Below, piece after piece: positions 1 to 11,141 of a stretch of 64,000 nucleotides of DNA. The DNA is taken from the NCBI GenBank assembly GCA_963749495.1, contig CAVVMW010000006.1, forward strand, positions 800,001-864,000, written 5' to 3'. The translations under genes and the position numbers were made by a program. Source of the DNA: an uncultured bacterium. GTDB lineage: Bacteria > Verrucomicrobiota > Verrucomicrobiia > Limisphaerales > UBA8199. Every line of letters starts with the position of its first letter. Within the stretch, counting starts at the first letter, position 1. The notes below the pieces were generated by a model. That model did no database searches. It was not told where the DNA came from and worked only from the letters and a program-made list of their open reading frames with translations.

Positions 1-2998
1 TCCGGCTTCAATATCAAATCGGAGGTTCAGCGGGTCAGAGATCTTTTTCCCGACGCAATTTTCGCCGGTTGCTACATGGGGGGGGAAATCGGCTTGGACT
101 CGCTCGGCCGTTCTGTACTGGGCAATCAGAGTGTATCCCTCGCCCTCTTTGCGGACGATATCCGCAGCCGCTCTGAAATCTCGATTGGCTTCGATGTGCT
201 GGCCAGTCACGCGAAATTAGCAGGGCTAGCCCACTCACTGGACATGGCGGTACAGCGGATTCTTCAAAGCGTGCAGGCCGCGGGTTATTCCGGGGCGATG
301 CTTTCGTTGGTGCTGCAGGATGGGGATGCGCGGTGGATCGTAGCGCGCCACGCCTTGGGAGAGGCTTGGCAAAAGAAGGTTTTGCCGCTGACTCGCCGGA
401 AGTTGCCGGGATATGACATACTCGCGCTTGTCGCCGAACAAGGTGTCCCGCGTTTTGTTGCCGACTCCCGCAGGCCCGACGAGCAGTGTGATCTTAAAGC
501 CGTAGAACAGGGAGCGATTCTTAGCCAGTACATTATTCCGCTTCATAACGGCAAGACCCAAACGCTTGGCCTTCTCCAGGTGGACCTAGGCGACATGCGG
601 GACACGGCGAAACTGGGGGAAGAGCAGAAGACATTCCTCGACGCTCTGGGGGACATGGCTGCCAACCTACTTGCACGTGTCATTCACACGGAAGAGTTGG
701 ACATTTCGCGCCAACTCGATCATGTTTTGGTAGAGTGCCTGGAATCCGACACACACGAGCAGGCCGCGGTTCGATTCATCCAGGCGGCAGCCCTTATTTT
801 GAGGGCGGATGGGCATGTTCGGCTCCGTGAACCCGGCACCACTCAGTTGCGGCTGGTCGGCGGTGTCGGCCAATACTTCGATGTAGCGGCAAAAGAACGT
901 GTCACAATCGATTTGAACGACCGTTCCCCATCCACCAACGCGGTTCGGCTGAACAAGATGGTTCTGTGCAATGACGCCGAAAACGAAGAAGACGCTGCTC
1001 TCATGCGCGAGAGATTCAAGGACGGTCCCCTCGGTGAAGCTTGCCGACAAATTAAGTCCTTCGCCAACTTCCCTATTGGGCTGACGGGGGACGAAGCCAG
1101 AGGCATGATAAATTTTTGTTCCGATGAGAAGTGGTTTTTCACGCAGTCTAAACTCCGGTCAATTCAGAATATCGGCGAGCGGTTAGCCTTGCTGCTCGAC
1201 CATATCGAACGCAAGGAGGTGGAAAGGCGAAGTCGATCGGAAAAAGATTTTCTTCTCGACATTACACCTCGGATGCAAGAACGTCTCGATCTGCACGCCG
1301 CTCTCAGGGAACAAGTTGACAGAATCAGGCGAGCATCCAATGCTAACGTCGTCTCGTGTTTCCTTTGGGATGAGGATTTGCAGCGTTATATTCTGAGGGC
1401 GGAAGAAGGATGGCACGATAAACGATGGCTCGATGCGGCTTGGTATGAAAAGGGCAAGGGCATGACCGGCAGTTTAGCCACAACTTTTGAGCCGCGCTAC
1501 ATCCCAGACCTAGTAGAATTCAAGAAGCAGATTCACGAAGGGCCCGGAAAGTACATCACGGAGGTATTTGGCCGGGAGCTGACCGCGAGCGAAACTTGCG
1601 AGGTTATTGCCCTGCCACTTAACTTCCGTGGCCGGTCCCTTGGCATCGTCACGTTGTTCCGTAGAAGATTATTGACCTTCTCCACCCAACCGCCCGGATT
1701 TACGACCGTGATTCCGGCTATTCTGAAAGAAGCGGCGGAGAAATTCTCGGCCTATGTGTACGCACTGGTAGAGCACGAAAACGCTCAGGCAGTAAGTATC
1801 GAGTCTCAACGGCTCAATGAGGTTGACGCCTTGCTGCTTGTCGAACTCCCACTCCGCGACAAGCTGTCAAATGCCATGACTTGTATCGCGAAACAGTACT
1901 CTGCTGTGTGCTGTTCGACCTACGCTATCGACCGGGCGCAGTGTCCACCTGTGCGCGAACGCTTGGCGTTCGCCGGGGCCCTCGATGGATCCGTTCCGTG
2001 TCTTCAGGAAGGAGGATTACGCGCGCTCCAGCAAATTCTTTATGCCCAATCATCCTCAATACTGCGACGCCCTGTAACGCCCGATCAGAAGAACCCAGAA
2101 GCAGTTAAACTGGACAAGGGCGTGCAGCGAATCTGCATTCCGATCAAATTCGGCAAGGAAACACTGGGCGTACTGGACGTCTGCTGGAATGACAGACTGC
2201 CAGCGGCTCATGTCCGGCTCAAGCCCTTCGAGGATTTGGCCGAGCGCATTGCCACGTGCATCCGTGCTCATCAGTTCCGCCGGGAGCGTGAAGTCTCACT
2301 GGCTGCCGCGAAACGGTCGGAACGGGCGTTAGATGGCTTGGCGCTGGCCCTTCGCAAAAGCTTTCACGACATATCGAAATGCGCGTTGAATGTCCAGGCC
2401 CCTTTGACCCGTCTCGAGCGGCGCAACGCCACAGCGGAGGAACAGGAGATAATTCGCTCATGTCGGAAGGCGGGCAGAACTCTCAAGCATATTCTCCAAA
2501 GGGCTCGAGATGTCGGTAAGCGGCTTGCCAAGCCTAAGAGGGATTGGTGCCAGATTGAAACATTATTGCACGAAGCCTTAGGTAAGCATCTCAAGGAGGC
2601 TAAAAAGGCTAACGTCCATATTGATTGCATCCCGCGTGACACGCGAGCCTGGGTCAACGCGTCTCAAATCATGGAAGCGTTTGAGAACGTCATCGAAAAC
2701 GCGATAGAAGCAATGCCAGCCGGTGGCCGCCTAACTGCTTGCCTGCGGGTTGCAGGAGAACAATGCGAGGTCCTATTTTCAGATACCGGAAAAGGCATGG
2801 AACAATGCGACATCGACTTGCTAATGGGGCAATTCACAGATGAAAGCAGATCGGCCGGCGGCATCGGAATGGGGCTTTTCCTGACGCGGCTGGACCTGTG
2901 AAAGCCACGGCGGTAGTCTTAAAGTGGTCTCGAGTCCCGAACAAGGGACGACAGTCACTGTGTCCTTTCCACTCCAGGAATATCAGGATGTGCTATGA
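1..2998 (+). CDS. FIST_C / multi-GAF sensor histidine kinase (5'-truncated by window; frameshift near 2895)
   Basis: Frame 1 is open from base 1 (SEVQRVRDLFPDAIFAGCYMGGEIG..GNQSVSLALF resembles the FIST_C end). Several GAF-like units follow, then H box FHDI, N box ENAIEAM, DTGKGM and GIGMGL. The tail CESHGGSLKVVSSPEQGTTVTVSFPL lies in another frame and ends at TGA 2996-2998, overlapping the next ATG. Confidence 0.85.
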
Positions 2999-4200
2999 AA
3001 ACGAAACCAAAAATGCTGATTGTCGAAAACGAAAAGCAACCGCGCGAAAACTTACGAGAGCTTTTCCTAGATCCGCCTTCTGACTTTGTTGCCGCATACG
3101 GAGTTGGTGGATTTGATGTGGAGACTGCCTCGACCGGTAGAGACGCTGTTCGTCTTCTTAAGGATGCCGCGCAATCCATGGAGCCGTACTATGTGATGCT
3201 CTTAGACCTGGGCTTGCCAGCTAAAACTGGAGGCAAGGAGAGGCATCAGGTCGGACTGGGACTTTTGCGGAAGCTTGACAGGCATGCGTGCCTCACTGTG
3301 GTTATCGTCTCTATCCACGACGAAATTCCCACGTTTAACGCGCTCCTGGAGGCCGGAGTTGCACACTTCGTGAGCAAGCCATACGAGGAGGAAGAAGTAT
3401 TCCGAGCGGTGGCCAGTGCCGCGCGGGACGCCCAGGAGCGGCTTCGGCATCGGTGGGAGGCTTTTAAGGGTGAGCATCAGAAATGGCGTGGAGTGCTGGA
3501 TTGCGCTCTGGTCGCTGACCGCATGGCGCTCGTGGTGACGGAAGGAACTGCTCTGGTGTTGGATGGGGTGGATGGTCTCGCTCGTCAGCTCCAACGACGA
3601 TATCAATTGGACGCTCAATTGGATCGCAACGACCCGGTTTGTCAATCGGTGGAGAGCCTGCGTCAGGCAGCCCTTGCAGTATCTACGGATTGTGCTCAAG
3701 CGCGGGAAGTGTACCACCCGATCTCAGGACCGATGGAATGCATCCGGCTGGATGAGTTGATGGGATCGGTTGTGGACAGCTTCTGGGATGGGTTGATCGC
3801 GCACAGCCTGACAGTGGAGGTTCATCGGGCCGAGGGCGAGACGGTGCATACCTTCCCTCAAGGCCTGGGATTTGTCTTCAGGGAACTTCTCTTTCACGCG
3901 GTGGAGACATCGCCTGACGGCTCCACATTGAGGATGGATCTAACACGGGGCCCGGACGGTACGACTTGGGAGTTTCGCTTGTCGGACAATGCCGCGCCAT
4001 TGGACGAGACCACTCGTCGGCTGATTGAAGGGGGTGAGCCGTTTGGCCGGGATCAATCTCGGTACCACGGCCTTTGCTTGGCTCAGCGGGCAGCCGAAAA
4101 CATTGGTGCGAAGCTTCTTGTTCAACCGGGCAAGGCCGGCAACACCTTCAACATCCGCATCCCAATCACAGCGCATGACCAGATTGCTCATCGTAGATGA
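2995..4200 (+). CDS. Response regulator receiver fused to a degenerate HATPase-like domain
   Basis: MLIVENE..MLLDLGLP..FVSKPY receiver motifs. The C-terminus resembles HATPase (RELLFHAVE, SDNA, YHGLCLA) with poor G boxes. Confidence 0.75.
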   Translation: MKTKPKMLIVENEKQPRENLRELFLDPPSDFVAAYGVGGFDVETASTGRDAVRLLKDAAQSMEPYYVMLLDLGLPAKTGGKERHQVGLGLLRKLDRHACLTVVIVSIHDEIPTFNALLEAGVAHFVSKPYEEEEVFRAVASAARDAQERLRHRWEAFKGEHQKWRGVLDCALVADRMALVVTEGTALVLDGVDGLARQLQRRYQLDAQLDRNDPVCQSVESLRQAALAVSTDCAQAREVYHPISGPMECIRLDELMGSVVDSFWDGLIAHSLTVEVHRAEGETVHTFPQGLGFVFRELLFHAVETSPDGSTLRMDLTRGPDGTTWEFRLSDNAAPLDETTRRLIEGGEPFGRDQSRYHGLCLAQRAAENIGAKLLVQPGKAGNTFNIRIPITAHDQIAHRR

Positions 4201-5572
4201 TAATGCGCGCGACCAAGAGCGCATCAGAACGTTCCTCCAAAGCAGGGAGTTCGAAGTCCTTTCCGTGGCTGATGCCATCGAGGCCTTGCGATTGCTCGAA
4301 TCGTCCTCGCCGCCGATCCAATTGGTAGTTCTTTTGTGGGAACTGCCAGGCGAGCCGGGAGGCGCAGAACTGCTTACGACAGTACGGCGCAGCCATCCCG
4401 AGGTTCCTGCGCTGGTGGTCAGCGGTCTGCTGGATTTATCTCGCGCTGTCGGAGCTCGAGCTCTGGGAGCCCGGGACTTTCTTTTAAAGCCATTGCAGCG
4501 CGAACGCTTGGTCGCAGCCGTTGAAGCGGCGGTATTGCCCGAAAAGGACCCGGGCTCCTACGCCAACTCAATCAGACGATCAAGGGCCAATCCTCCTCGC
4601 TACGCGCTGCGCTTGCCACTTTGGCACGCATCATTTCCCAGTCGGAGGAAAATGTTCTGCTAGTAGGCGAGAGTGGGACGGGCAAGGAACTGGTTGCGAA
4701 GGCTATTCACGATTTGGGTGACCGACGCCACCAACCATGGGTCCCTGTCAATATGGCTGCCATCCAGCCTACCTTGCTGGAAAGCCAGCTTTTCGGCCAC
4801 GAAAAGGGAGCCTTCACCGATGCCAAAAGGGATCACGTAGGTTATTTCGAAGAGGTTGGGGCTGGGGTGCTCTTTCTGGACGAGATCGGTGAACTGGATT
4901 TGGCGATCCAAGCTAAGCTTCTCCGCGCCATTGAGGCCCGGGCTTTTCGCAGGGTCGGAGGCGGCCAAGATCGGGCGTTTCGTGGCCGTGTGGTGTGCGC
5001 AACCAATCGTAACCTGGCCGAGGAGGTTAAGGCAGGGCATTTCCGTGCCGACCTTTATTTCAGAATTGCGACGCACGAGGTGCACCTACCCCCTCTGCGC
5101 CAGCGGGGAGAAGACGCTAGGCTGTTGGCCGAGGACTTCCTCCAAAGGCGCCCAGAGAGCAAGCACAAGAAGTTGGCGCCGGAAACCAAGGCCATCTTGG
5201 CTGCGTACCAATTTCCGGGCAATGTGCGCGAGCTTGAGGATCTTCTGCAGCACGCCCTTGTCAATTGCGACGGCGAGGAAATTCTCCCTTATCACCTGCC
5301 AATCCAAAGCATGCAGGACCGTCAGATTCGTGAGACTAGCACTGCGGCTCTGGATACGTTGGCCTGGCCGCAGGGTCTGTTCGTGATGGAGCAACGTGAC
5401 GCTATGAAGATGATTGAAGACGCCTTCAACAGAACCTACCTCGTCCGTAGGTTGGAGGAAAGCCGGCCACAAGATCGAGCGCGCCGCAAGGGCTTCAGGG
5501 TGGAAGGACGACAAGAGCTTCCGCCAGAAATGGGAGCAAGCCGGGCTGCCTCCTCTCTCTAACCGCAAGTGA
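4175..5572 (+). CDS. Sigma54-dependent response regulator, NtrC-like (frameshifts near 4560-4620 and 5465)
   Basis: REC (LLIVDD..FLLKP), Walker A GESGTGKE, GAFTDA, LFLDEIGE, FPGNVREL. An HTH-like tail lies in a shifted frame ending TGA 5570-5572. Confidence 0.85.
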
Positions 5573-5578
5573 GGTCCG

Positions 5579-7447
5579 ATGCCTACTTCTCCTCCGTATA
5601 AGGTGGTGATTTGTGACCCGTGTTCTGAGCGGGTACGGTGGCTCGAAACGCTGTTGACCAACCACCATGCCACGCGCCTCGAAAGGATCGAGAACTGGGA
5701 AGAGTTGCGTCGCCTCGTGCGAAATCAAACGCCCCCAGGATCAATCGATCTCGTGATAATGGGTCAGCCGTCGCCCGGCGAAGCTCCCCCGCTGCCAGAA
5801 CGAGTGATATTAACACTGCCGGAACTCAGCCAGACCGCGCACGTGATCGCCTTCGCAGACAACTCGCAGCTATTCGACGCAACGAGTCGGCGCCGCCGTG
5901 GCCTCCACGTGCTCGATCAGGTTACAGTTCACGATTGGCACGTGGACGAAAACAGACTAACTGGCATTTTGACAGACTGCCTGGTGCCGCAGCAGCCCTT
6001 ACCTCGGGTCATCTTGCCTGCGCCGCGTGACCTGATCCTTGACGAGATGATCAGCTCACTCGCTGAGGACGGGAGCCTTGAGCGGGGCAAGACCGTCCTT
6101 GCTCTTGTGAGTCGGGACCTTTGGCCATGCCATTCGGTGCAGGTAAAGCGGATGGCCCAGGGTGTTTCCGGAGCCAGACTGTTTCGAGTGGACATCAGCC
6201 CGGCAGCACGGTTGGGGGGCTTCGCTCTGAAGCTGGTTTGCGCGAAGGAGAAATGGAAAATCGAGAGTGAGATATGCAACTGGAGTAAGATAGAACCGGT
6301 TTTCACGCACTTTGGCCTGCAACGTGGTGTCCCGGCGATTCAGGTTCCGCTAATTCCGCTGGCGGACCAACCGCTTCTTGTCAACGAGGCTGGGTGGTAC
6401 TCTGTCGCGTACCAATTGCTTGGCGGCCCGGCGGGCGAATTCCTGAGTTTGGAGGACGCTTACCGGCTTAGTGCCGCAGAATTGGCGTTGCGTGCAGCCG
6501 GAAGAAAATCTGAAGCTCATGCGAGTTCCTTGGGTGAATTCACGATTACTCAGGTCCTGGCTCGTCTCAGGAAAGCCTGGTATGATCAGGCAGCTCCCTA
6601 CCCAGGTCCTGACGCCTATCCGACCCTTTGGAGCGCGACTGATGGAATCTGTGGACGGGTGCTCACGCCTCCTCCGTATCAGTTAACGTCGAAACAGAAG
6701 GCGAATCTGCTGGCATCCCTCGAGTCTCTGGACCGGCTCGGAAAACGTTTGTTGCCTATAAGGTGGGATTCCGATCGTCGCGGGGTCGCCTCTTGGCTTA
6801 GCAGCGGTCCGCCTGCCGGGAGTCGCGTACTCCAGTCGAAACCCTGGCTCGTTTCTCCCGTTCACGGTGATTTGAATAGCAATAACGTTCTTTTATGGCT
6901 GGACGAAGCGCAGCCGTTCCTTATTGATTTTGCGTGCTTCCAAGAGCGCGGGCACATGTTGCAGGATTTCGCCCGCCTCGAAATCGAGGTGAAGTATGCT
7001 TTAATGGATCGCCAGGAGGATGCACCGGCAGCGTTTGACTTGGACCCAGGTCGGCTTGATCTTTGGCTGCGACTAGAGGATGCATTGCTCGCTCCCGGCT
7101 GGGAATCAGACCTGCGACTGGCTGTGAATTGGGCCGGGACGTCCATCCAACATGCGGTTGGTCCTGTGAAATTGATACGCTTCCAGGCGAAAGAGATTTG
7201 GGATCTCCGTAGTGCTCGCCTGGATACCGATCCTGGCTTCTGGTGTGAGTATGCTGCCGCTCTCCTTTATCACACGTTGAGGGCAATCGGGTACGACTCG
7301 CTGTCGCCGTTTAAGCGGCTGCTCGCCGTGGCCAGCGAGCTCACGATTAATCAGCTATGTCAGTGCCGCCCCAGCACCATGATTGTGTCCGTTGCTGCGC
7401 ATTTGCCCAGGCAATCCAGGCCCTCCCCCGTGAGCATGGCCAGATAG
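5579..7447 (+). CDS. REC-like N-terminus plus APH/kinase-fold phosphotransferase (TCAD9-like)
   Basis: QGVSGA glycine loop, ALK, HGDLNSNN catalytic loop, LIDF, GH..QDFARLE. Confidence 0.7.
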   Translation: MPTSPPYKVVICDPCSERVRWLETLLTNHHATRLERIENWEELRRLVRNQTPPGSIDLVIMGQPSPGEAPPLPERVILTLPELSQTAHVIAFADNSQLFDATSRRRRGLHVLDQVTVHDWHVDENRLTGILTDCLVPQQPLPRVILPAPRDLILDEMISSLAEDGSLERGKTVLALVSRDLWPCHSVQVKRMAQGVSGARLFRVDISPAARLGGFALKLVCAKEKWKIESEICNWSKIEPVFTHFGLQRGVPAIQVPLIPLADQPLLVNEAGWYSVAYQLLGGPAGEFLSLEDAYRLSAAELALRAAGRKSEAHASSLGEFTITQVLARLRKAWYDQAAPYPGPDAYPTLWSATDGICGRVLTPPPYQLTSKQKANLLASLESLDRLGKRLLPIRWDSDRRGVASWLSSGPPAGSRVLQSKPWLVSPVHGDLNSNNVLLWLDEAQPFLIDFACFQERGHMLQDFARLEIEVKYALMDRQEDAPAAFDLDPGRLDLWLRLEDALLAPGWESDLRLAVNWAGTSIQHAVGPVKLIRFQAKEIWDLRSARLDTDPGFWCEYAAALLYHTLRAIGYDSLSPFKRLLAVASELTINQLCQCRPSTMIVSVAAHLPRQSRPSPVSMAR

Positions 7448-7742
7448 AAGAAAACGCCAGGTGCTGGGAGGCGCTCACTGCCTCCCTGTATATGAAATAC
7501 TCGAAGGAACTTGGCCTCGGTTTACGCCGTGCGCCTTCCGCTGCCATGAAATCCCTTCCCATGCCAGCACTCACCAACGCCGCCGTCTACGCTCTCTTTC
7601 TCGATTAATCACCCAGCACAAGTGGTTTCGTAAAGGGGTGGTGATAGGAGGAACGGTGGCATTGATTTTGTTAATTTGCCTCGCCCCAAAGAGAAAGGCG
7701 CAACACCCCCGAAGAGCATCGTGCCTTTCAAAATCAAGAACT

Positions 7743-8213
7743 CTACAGCTTCGACCTCCCCGCCTTCCTCGCCTTGGCCCATCTCGCCTTCATCGCTTCT
7801 GAGAGTGCCTTCCTGTGGGCAGCACTTCTCTCCCTCTTGGGCTTCTCGGCCGGCCGCTCGGGTTCTGCCACTGCCTTCGCGCCCTTCTCCGCCATCCTCT
7901 TCGCCGCCCACCTCGCCTTCTGAGCAGCAATGATGTTCGCACGACCCTCTGGACTGAGCTTCCGCCGCTTCTCCCTCCTCCCATTCTTCGCCGGTTTTGC
8001 TGTCGTGGCCAGTTCAGGAGCAGTCTCGATCCTGGCCATCCTCTTCCGCCTCTTCCGCCTTCCATTCCTCGGCTTCACAGGTGCTTCAGTGGCGGCAGGA
8101 GCAGGGACTTCGCTGCCCAGGATTTGATTGAGTTCGTCCTGCAGTCCCAAGATCTGCTCCTGGAGATCGGCTGCATTCCGGAGTTGTTGGGGTGTCAAAT
8201 TGCTGATGTTCAT
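7743..8213 (-). CDS. Small basic histone-like / nucleoid-associated protein
   Basis: N-terminal coiled coil, K/R/A-rich body, two S..xRxxIxxAxKARWA repeats. Lies directly downstream of HU. Confidence 0.65.
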   Translation of the reverse strand: MNISNLTPQQLRNAADLQEQILGLQDELNQILGSEVPAPAATEAPVKPRNGRRKRRKRMARIETAPELATTAKPAKNGRREKRRKLSPEGRANIIAAQKARWAAKRMAEKGAKAVAEPERPAEKPKRERSAAHRKALSEAMKARWAKARKAGRSKL

Positions 8214-8228
8214 ACGGTAGGCTTGGGG

Positions 8229-8516
8229 TTACTTGGTGCCCAGGATCGCGTCTTTGGCTGCCTTGGCGACACGGAACTTCACGACTCGCTTGGCAGGGAT
8301 CTTGATGGATTCGCCCGTTGCAGGATTCCGACCCATCCGAGCCTTGCGATTCACCAGGACCAGCTTGCCCAGTCCAGGAATGGTGAACTTGTTCCTGGCA
8401 TTCTTGTAGGCCAGGGCCACCAGAGCTTCCAGCGTTTCGGTGGCTTGTTTTTTGGTGACTCCGACCGTTTCAGCCAGAGATGTTGTGACCTGAGATTTGG
8501 TTAATGGTTTTGCCAT
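8229..8516 (-). CDS. hup: HU family DNA-binding protein
   Basis: TKSQV..LAE..GVTKKQA..IPGLGKL..RKARMGRNPATGESIKIPAKRVVKF. Confidence 0.95.
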   Translation of the reverse strand: MAKPLTKSQVTTSLAETVGVTKKQATETLEALVALAYKNARNKFTIPGLGKLVLVNRKARMGRNPATGESIKIPAKRVVKFRVAKAAKDAILGTK

Positions 8517-8779
8517 ATATGCGCGCAATGTGGCTGGAATCGTTGGAAAGTCAAGCGTCTCGTGCAAATCTGGGTTGAAGTGGATCAGACGAAGCCCCAA
8601 CCTTGTCCTGAATGTGAAACGCGGGCTGTCGTTTCGTGTTGGGTGCCTGGTTGAGTTGGCTTTGGTCGTTCTTGCCGTGCTCTTGGGCTGGACAACCTCG
8701 CCGAAGTGAGCCAGACTCGTCGCCAGTCGAAAGAATGCCCTGCACCATGGAACGAAACAACACAACCGCCGAGAGCTGA

Positions 8780-9106
8780 ATGAAGAAGAAGCTGATTCCC
8801 GATGACGTGAAACAGGAGGCATTACGGACCATTGCCTGGTTCAACAAGACCAGGCTCCAAGGCACGGATTGCGCATTTGCCACCAGATTCCAGGGGAAGT
8901 TCCTCTACTTGGACCGTGAGGAGTTTGGCCAGGTTCAGCCGATCTGCCGCTTGGAGTACCTTGGTGGCAAAAAGGGTTGGGCTTTCGCCATTTACAAATA
9001 CAGCACAAGTCGATACGACCCCGAGGAGTGGTTGTTTCCTGGCTCTGAACTGGTCAATGGAACGATAATGGGTGCGATGAAGGCCAGCATGAGGGCGTAC
9101 CAGTGA
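8780..9106 (+). CDS. Hypothetical protein (108 aa)
   Basis: Globular, aromatic-rich ORF (RFQGKFLYLDR..PICRL..WAFAIYKYS..YDPEEW). Confidence 0.6.
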   Translation: MKKKLIPDDVKQEALRTIAWFNKTRLQGTDCAFATRFQGKFLYLDREEFGQVQPICRLEYLGGKKGWAFAIYKYSTSRYDPEEWLFPGSELVNGTIMGAMKASMRAYQ

Positions 9107-9135
9107 AGGGGCTAACGGAGGTTGCTCCAAGACGA

Positions 9136-9994
9136 TTATGGGCTTTTCCGGCGTTCTCTCGGCCATCGCTTACGCAAGAAATCAATCGCTCTCGGTGTCT
9201 GCATCCAATACTTCCCCTGCCGCTTCCAATACCAATAAGCCTGGTCCTGACCACCCAAGGTGACATAACGCTCGTTGGTTCCCTTGGGTTTCCTGTGCCT
9301 GGTTCTGAGAAGTTCAGTGGCGACCAATGGCCAGTACTTGATGGCCAGGTTCAACACCCTGCCGGCCTCTTCCACCCTGCCCAATTGAAATAGCGCCAGA
9401 GGACGGCCATATACCAAATCCGGCAGACCATCCCCCTTGTATTGTCTGCACACCGACAGCACCCCTTCCGGTTCATTCAGGGCAAAATTGCATTCCACCA
9501 CCAAGCCGCGAGCGCCCTGGTTATCATTCGGATTCAAGGTCAGAATATTCTCGAAAACTTCCAGCGCGTCTTCGATCTGGCCCCTCTCCAGGAGCTGCAG
9601 TCCAAGTGAATGATACAGGCGAAGGAAGGGCCTATTCGTGACCCAACCCCATTCCAGTCGATCTTGCTCCATCGAGAAGTGCGGCGGGAAGAACTGCATC
9701 GCCATCGCCACGCCCTCTTTGCGGATCTGAAACGCTTCCTCCGTCCTGCCCATCTTCTCCAAGGTCAACGCCAGGTGATGATAGGCGTCGATGTGCTCAG
9801 GATACTCACAGGCCAAATCCCGAAAGATGATTGCCGCACGGTTGGGGTTCGCGTCAATCCAGTTCGATTCCCTCCTCCAACCGGTCATCAACCTCCTCGG
9901 TGACGCGTGGCAGTCTCAGGGTCCACTCGTGCTTTTCGATCTGCTGCACGATAATGATCGGCCCGGGCTGTGACGGTTCGGCTGTTCTTCGCAT
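9136..9994 (-). CDS. TPR-containing protein (N-terminus apparently frameshifted)
   Basis: TPR motifs (HIDAYHHLALTL; EDALEVFENILTLNPNDNQGAR), NRPFLR. A plausible ATG lies at 9994 upstream in another frame. Confidence 0.65.
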
Positions 9995-10192
9995 GCCTCT
10001 GAGATAACCCTGCTGAGAGGGGGGTGTCAACCGCAGTGCTGAGAACTCCTTGGCCTGGCCTGCTGAAAGACCTCGAAATGTGGGATAATTGAAGGGTACC
10101 AGGATCGGCCCTCAAGAGCCAATCCCCACCCCGCCCGCTCTCCTTTGGATGCAGCGGGCCTTTTCGTTTCAACCCCTTCACCCCAAAAGATT

Positions 10193-10870
10193 ATGTCCCC
10201 AAGATCCGCGTGGTTATTGCAGCAAGAAATTGTCCCTCGTCTCAAAAGCGCCGTCCCTCAAACCGTCCCCTTCATCGGTTCAGAGGATGCGGAGGAGTTG
10301 GTCCAGGATTCAATCGCCATGGCAGTAAAACTCCTGCACAACGTCGACAAGGCCTGCAAAAAGGTGACCCCAGGAAACATCGCCTACTACACCATCCAGC
10401 ACATGAAGTCCGGCAGAAGGTCAACCGGTTCGAGTGTGTCGGATGTCATGGCCACAGCAACTCAACTGAACGGCCGCACCAGGTTGACCAGTCTCGAAGA
10501 AGTCGCCAGCACCATCGAGGAAGCCGGTGAGGAAATCTTTTTGTTTCACGACGTTTTGAGCAACGATTCCGAAGACCCGAGCACCCGAGCAGCCAGGAAG
10601 ATGGATTGGCAGGAATTCGTCGCTGCATTGCCTGACCGAGAGCGCAAGATGGTAGAGTTTGTGGCCGAAGGAAGGTCGCTCAGAAACGCTGCTCGTGCCT
10701 TCAAATGCAGCAGTTCGGCCGTCCAGAGCAGCAAACGGGACCTGGCGCTGAAAATCCTGGACTTCATGGGCCCTGACATCCTGGTTGAGGTCCGCCGTTT
10801 GCCTCGATGGAAACAAGACATCCAGACGGCGAGGGAGAAGATGGCCTGCCGAACTGAACGCCGGCATTGA
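10193..10870 (+). CDS. Sigma70/ECF-like or LuxR-type HTH regulator
   Basis: EDAEELVQD resembles region 2; LPDRERKMVEFVAEGRSLRNAARAFKCSSSAV resembles a region 4 HTH. Confidence 0.6.
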   Translation: MSPRSAWLLQQEIVPRLKSAVPQTVPFIGSEDAEELVQDSIAMAVKLLHNVDKACKKVTPGNIAYYTIQHMKSGRRSTGSSVSDVMATATQLNGRTRLTSLEEVASTIEEAGEEIFLFHDVLSNDSEDPSTRAARKMDWQEFVAALPDRERKMVEFVAEGRSLRNAARAFKCSSSAVQSSKRDLALKILDFMGPDILVEVRRLPRWKQDIQTAREKMACRTERRH

Positions 10871-10895
10871 TCTCCCTTCGTGCATTTGCACCTTC

Positions 10896-11042
10896 CACTT
10901 CACACCTCTCCTGATTCTTGGAATTGGGAGGGGTTTGGGGTGCAACCTCTAAACATCATCCCCACTCCCTACACCTGCTGTTTCATAGTCCTGCCCAATC
11001 GCCGGGTGGAACTATGGCAGCGGGTGTAGGGGGTGGGGATGA
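10896..11042 (+). repeat. Cluster of hairpins including a ~33-bp inverted repeat (10956-11042)
   Basis: tcatccccactccctacacctgctgtttcatagt pairs with actatggcagcgggtgtagggggtggggatga, using G-U pairs. Two shorter hairpins lie immediately upstream. Confidence 0.75.
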
Positions 11043-11141
11043 GGACCATACGCACGTCCTGTCGTTCAGCTATGAGGTCGTGGCGTGGATGATGGGCTGC
11101 CGGTTATTGGCATTGCGCGGGCGATGGCCCTTAAATGTGGA

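Noticed and set aside
7357..7802. Short + strand ORFs after the phosphotransferase
   Set aside because: No SD or motif; they overlap better-supported genes.
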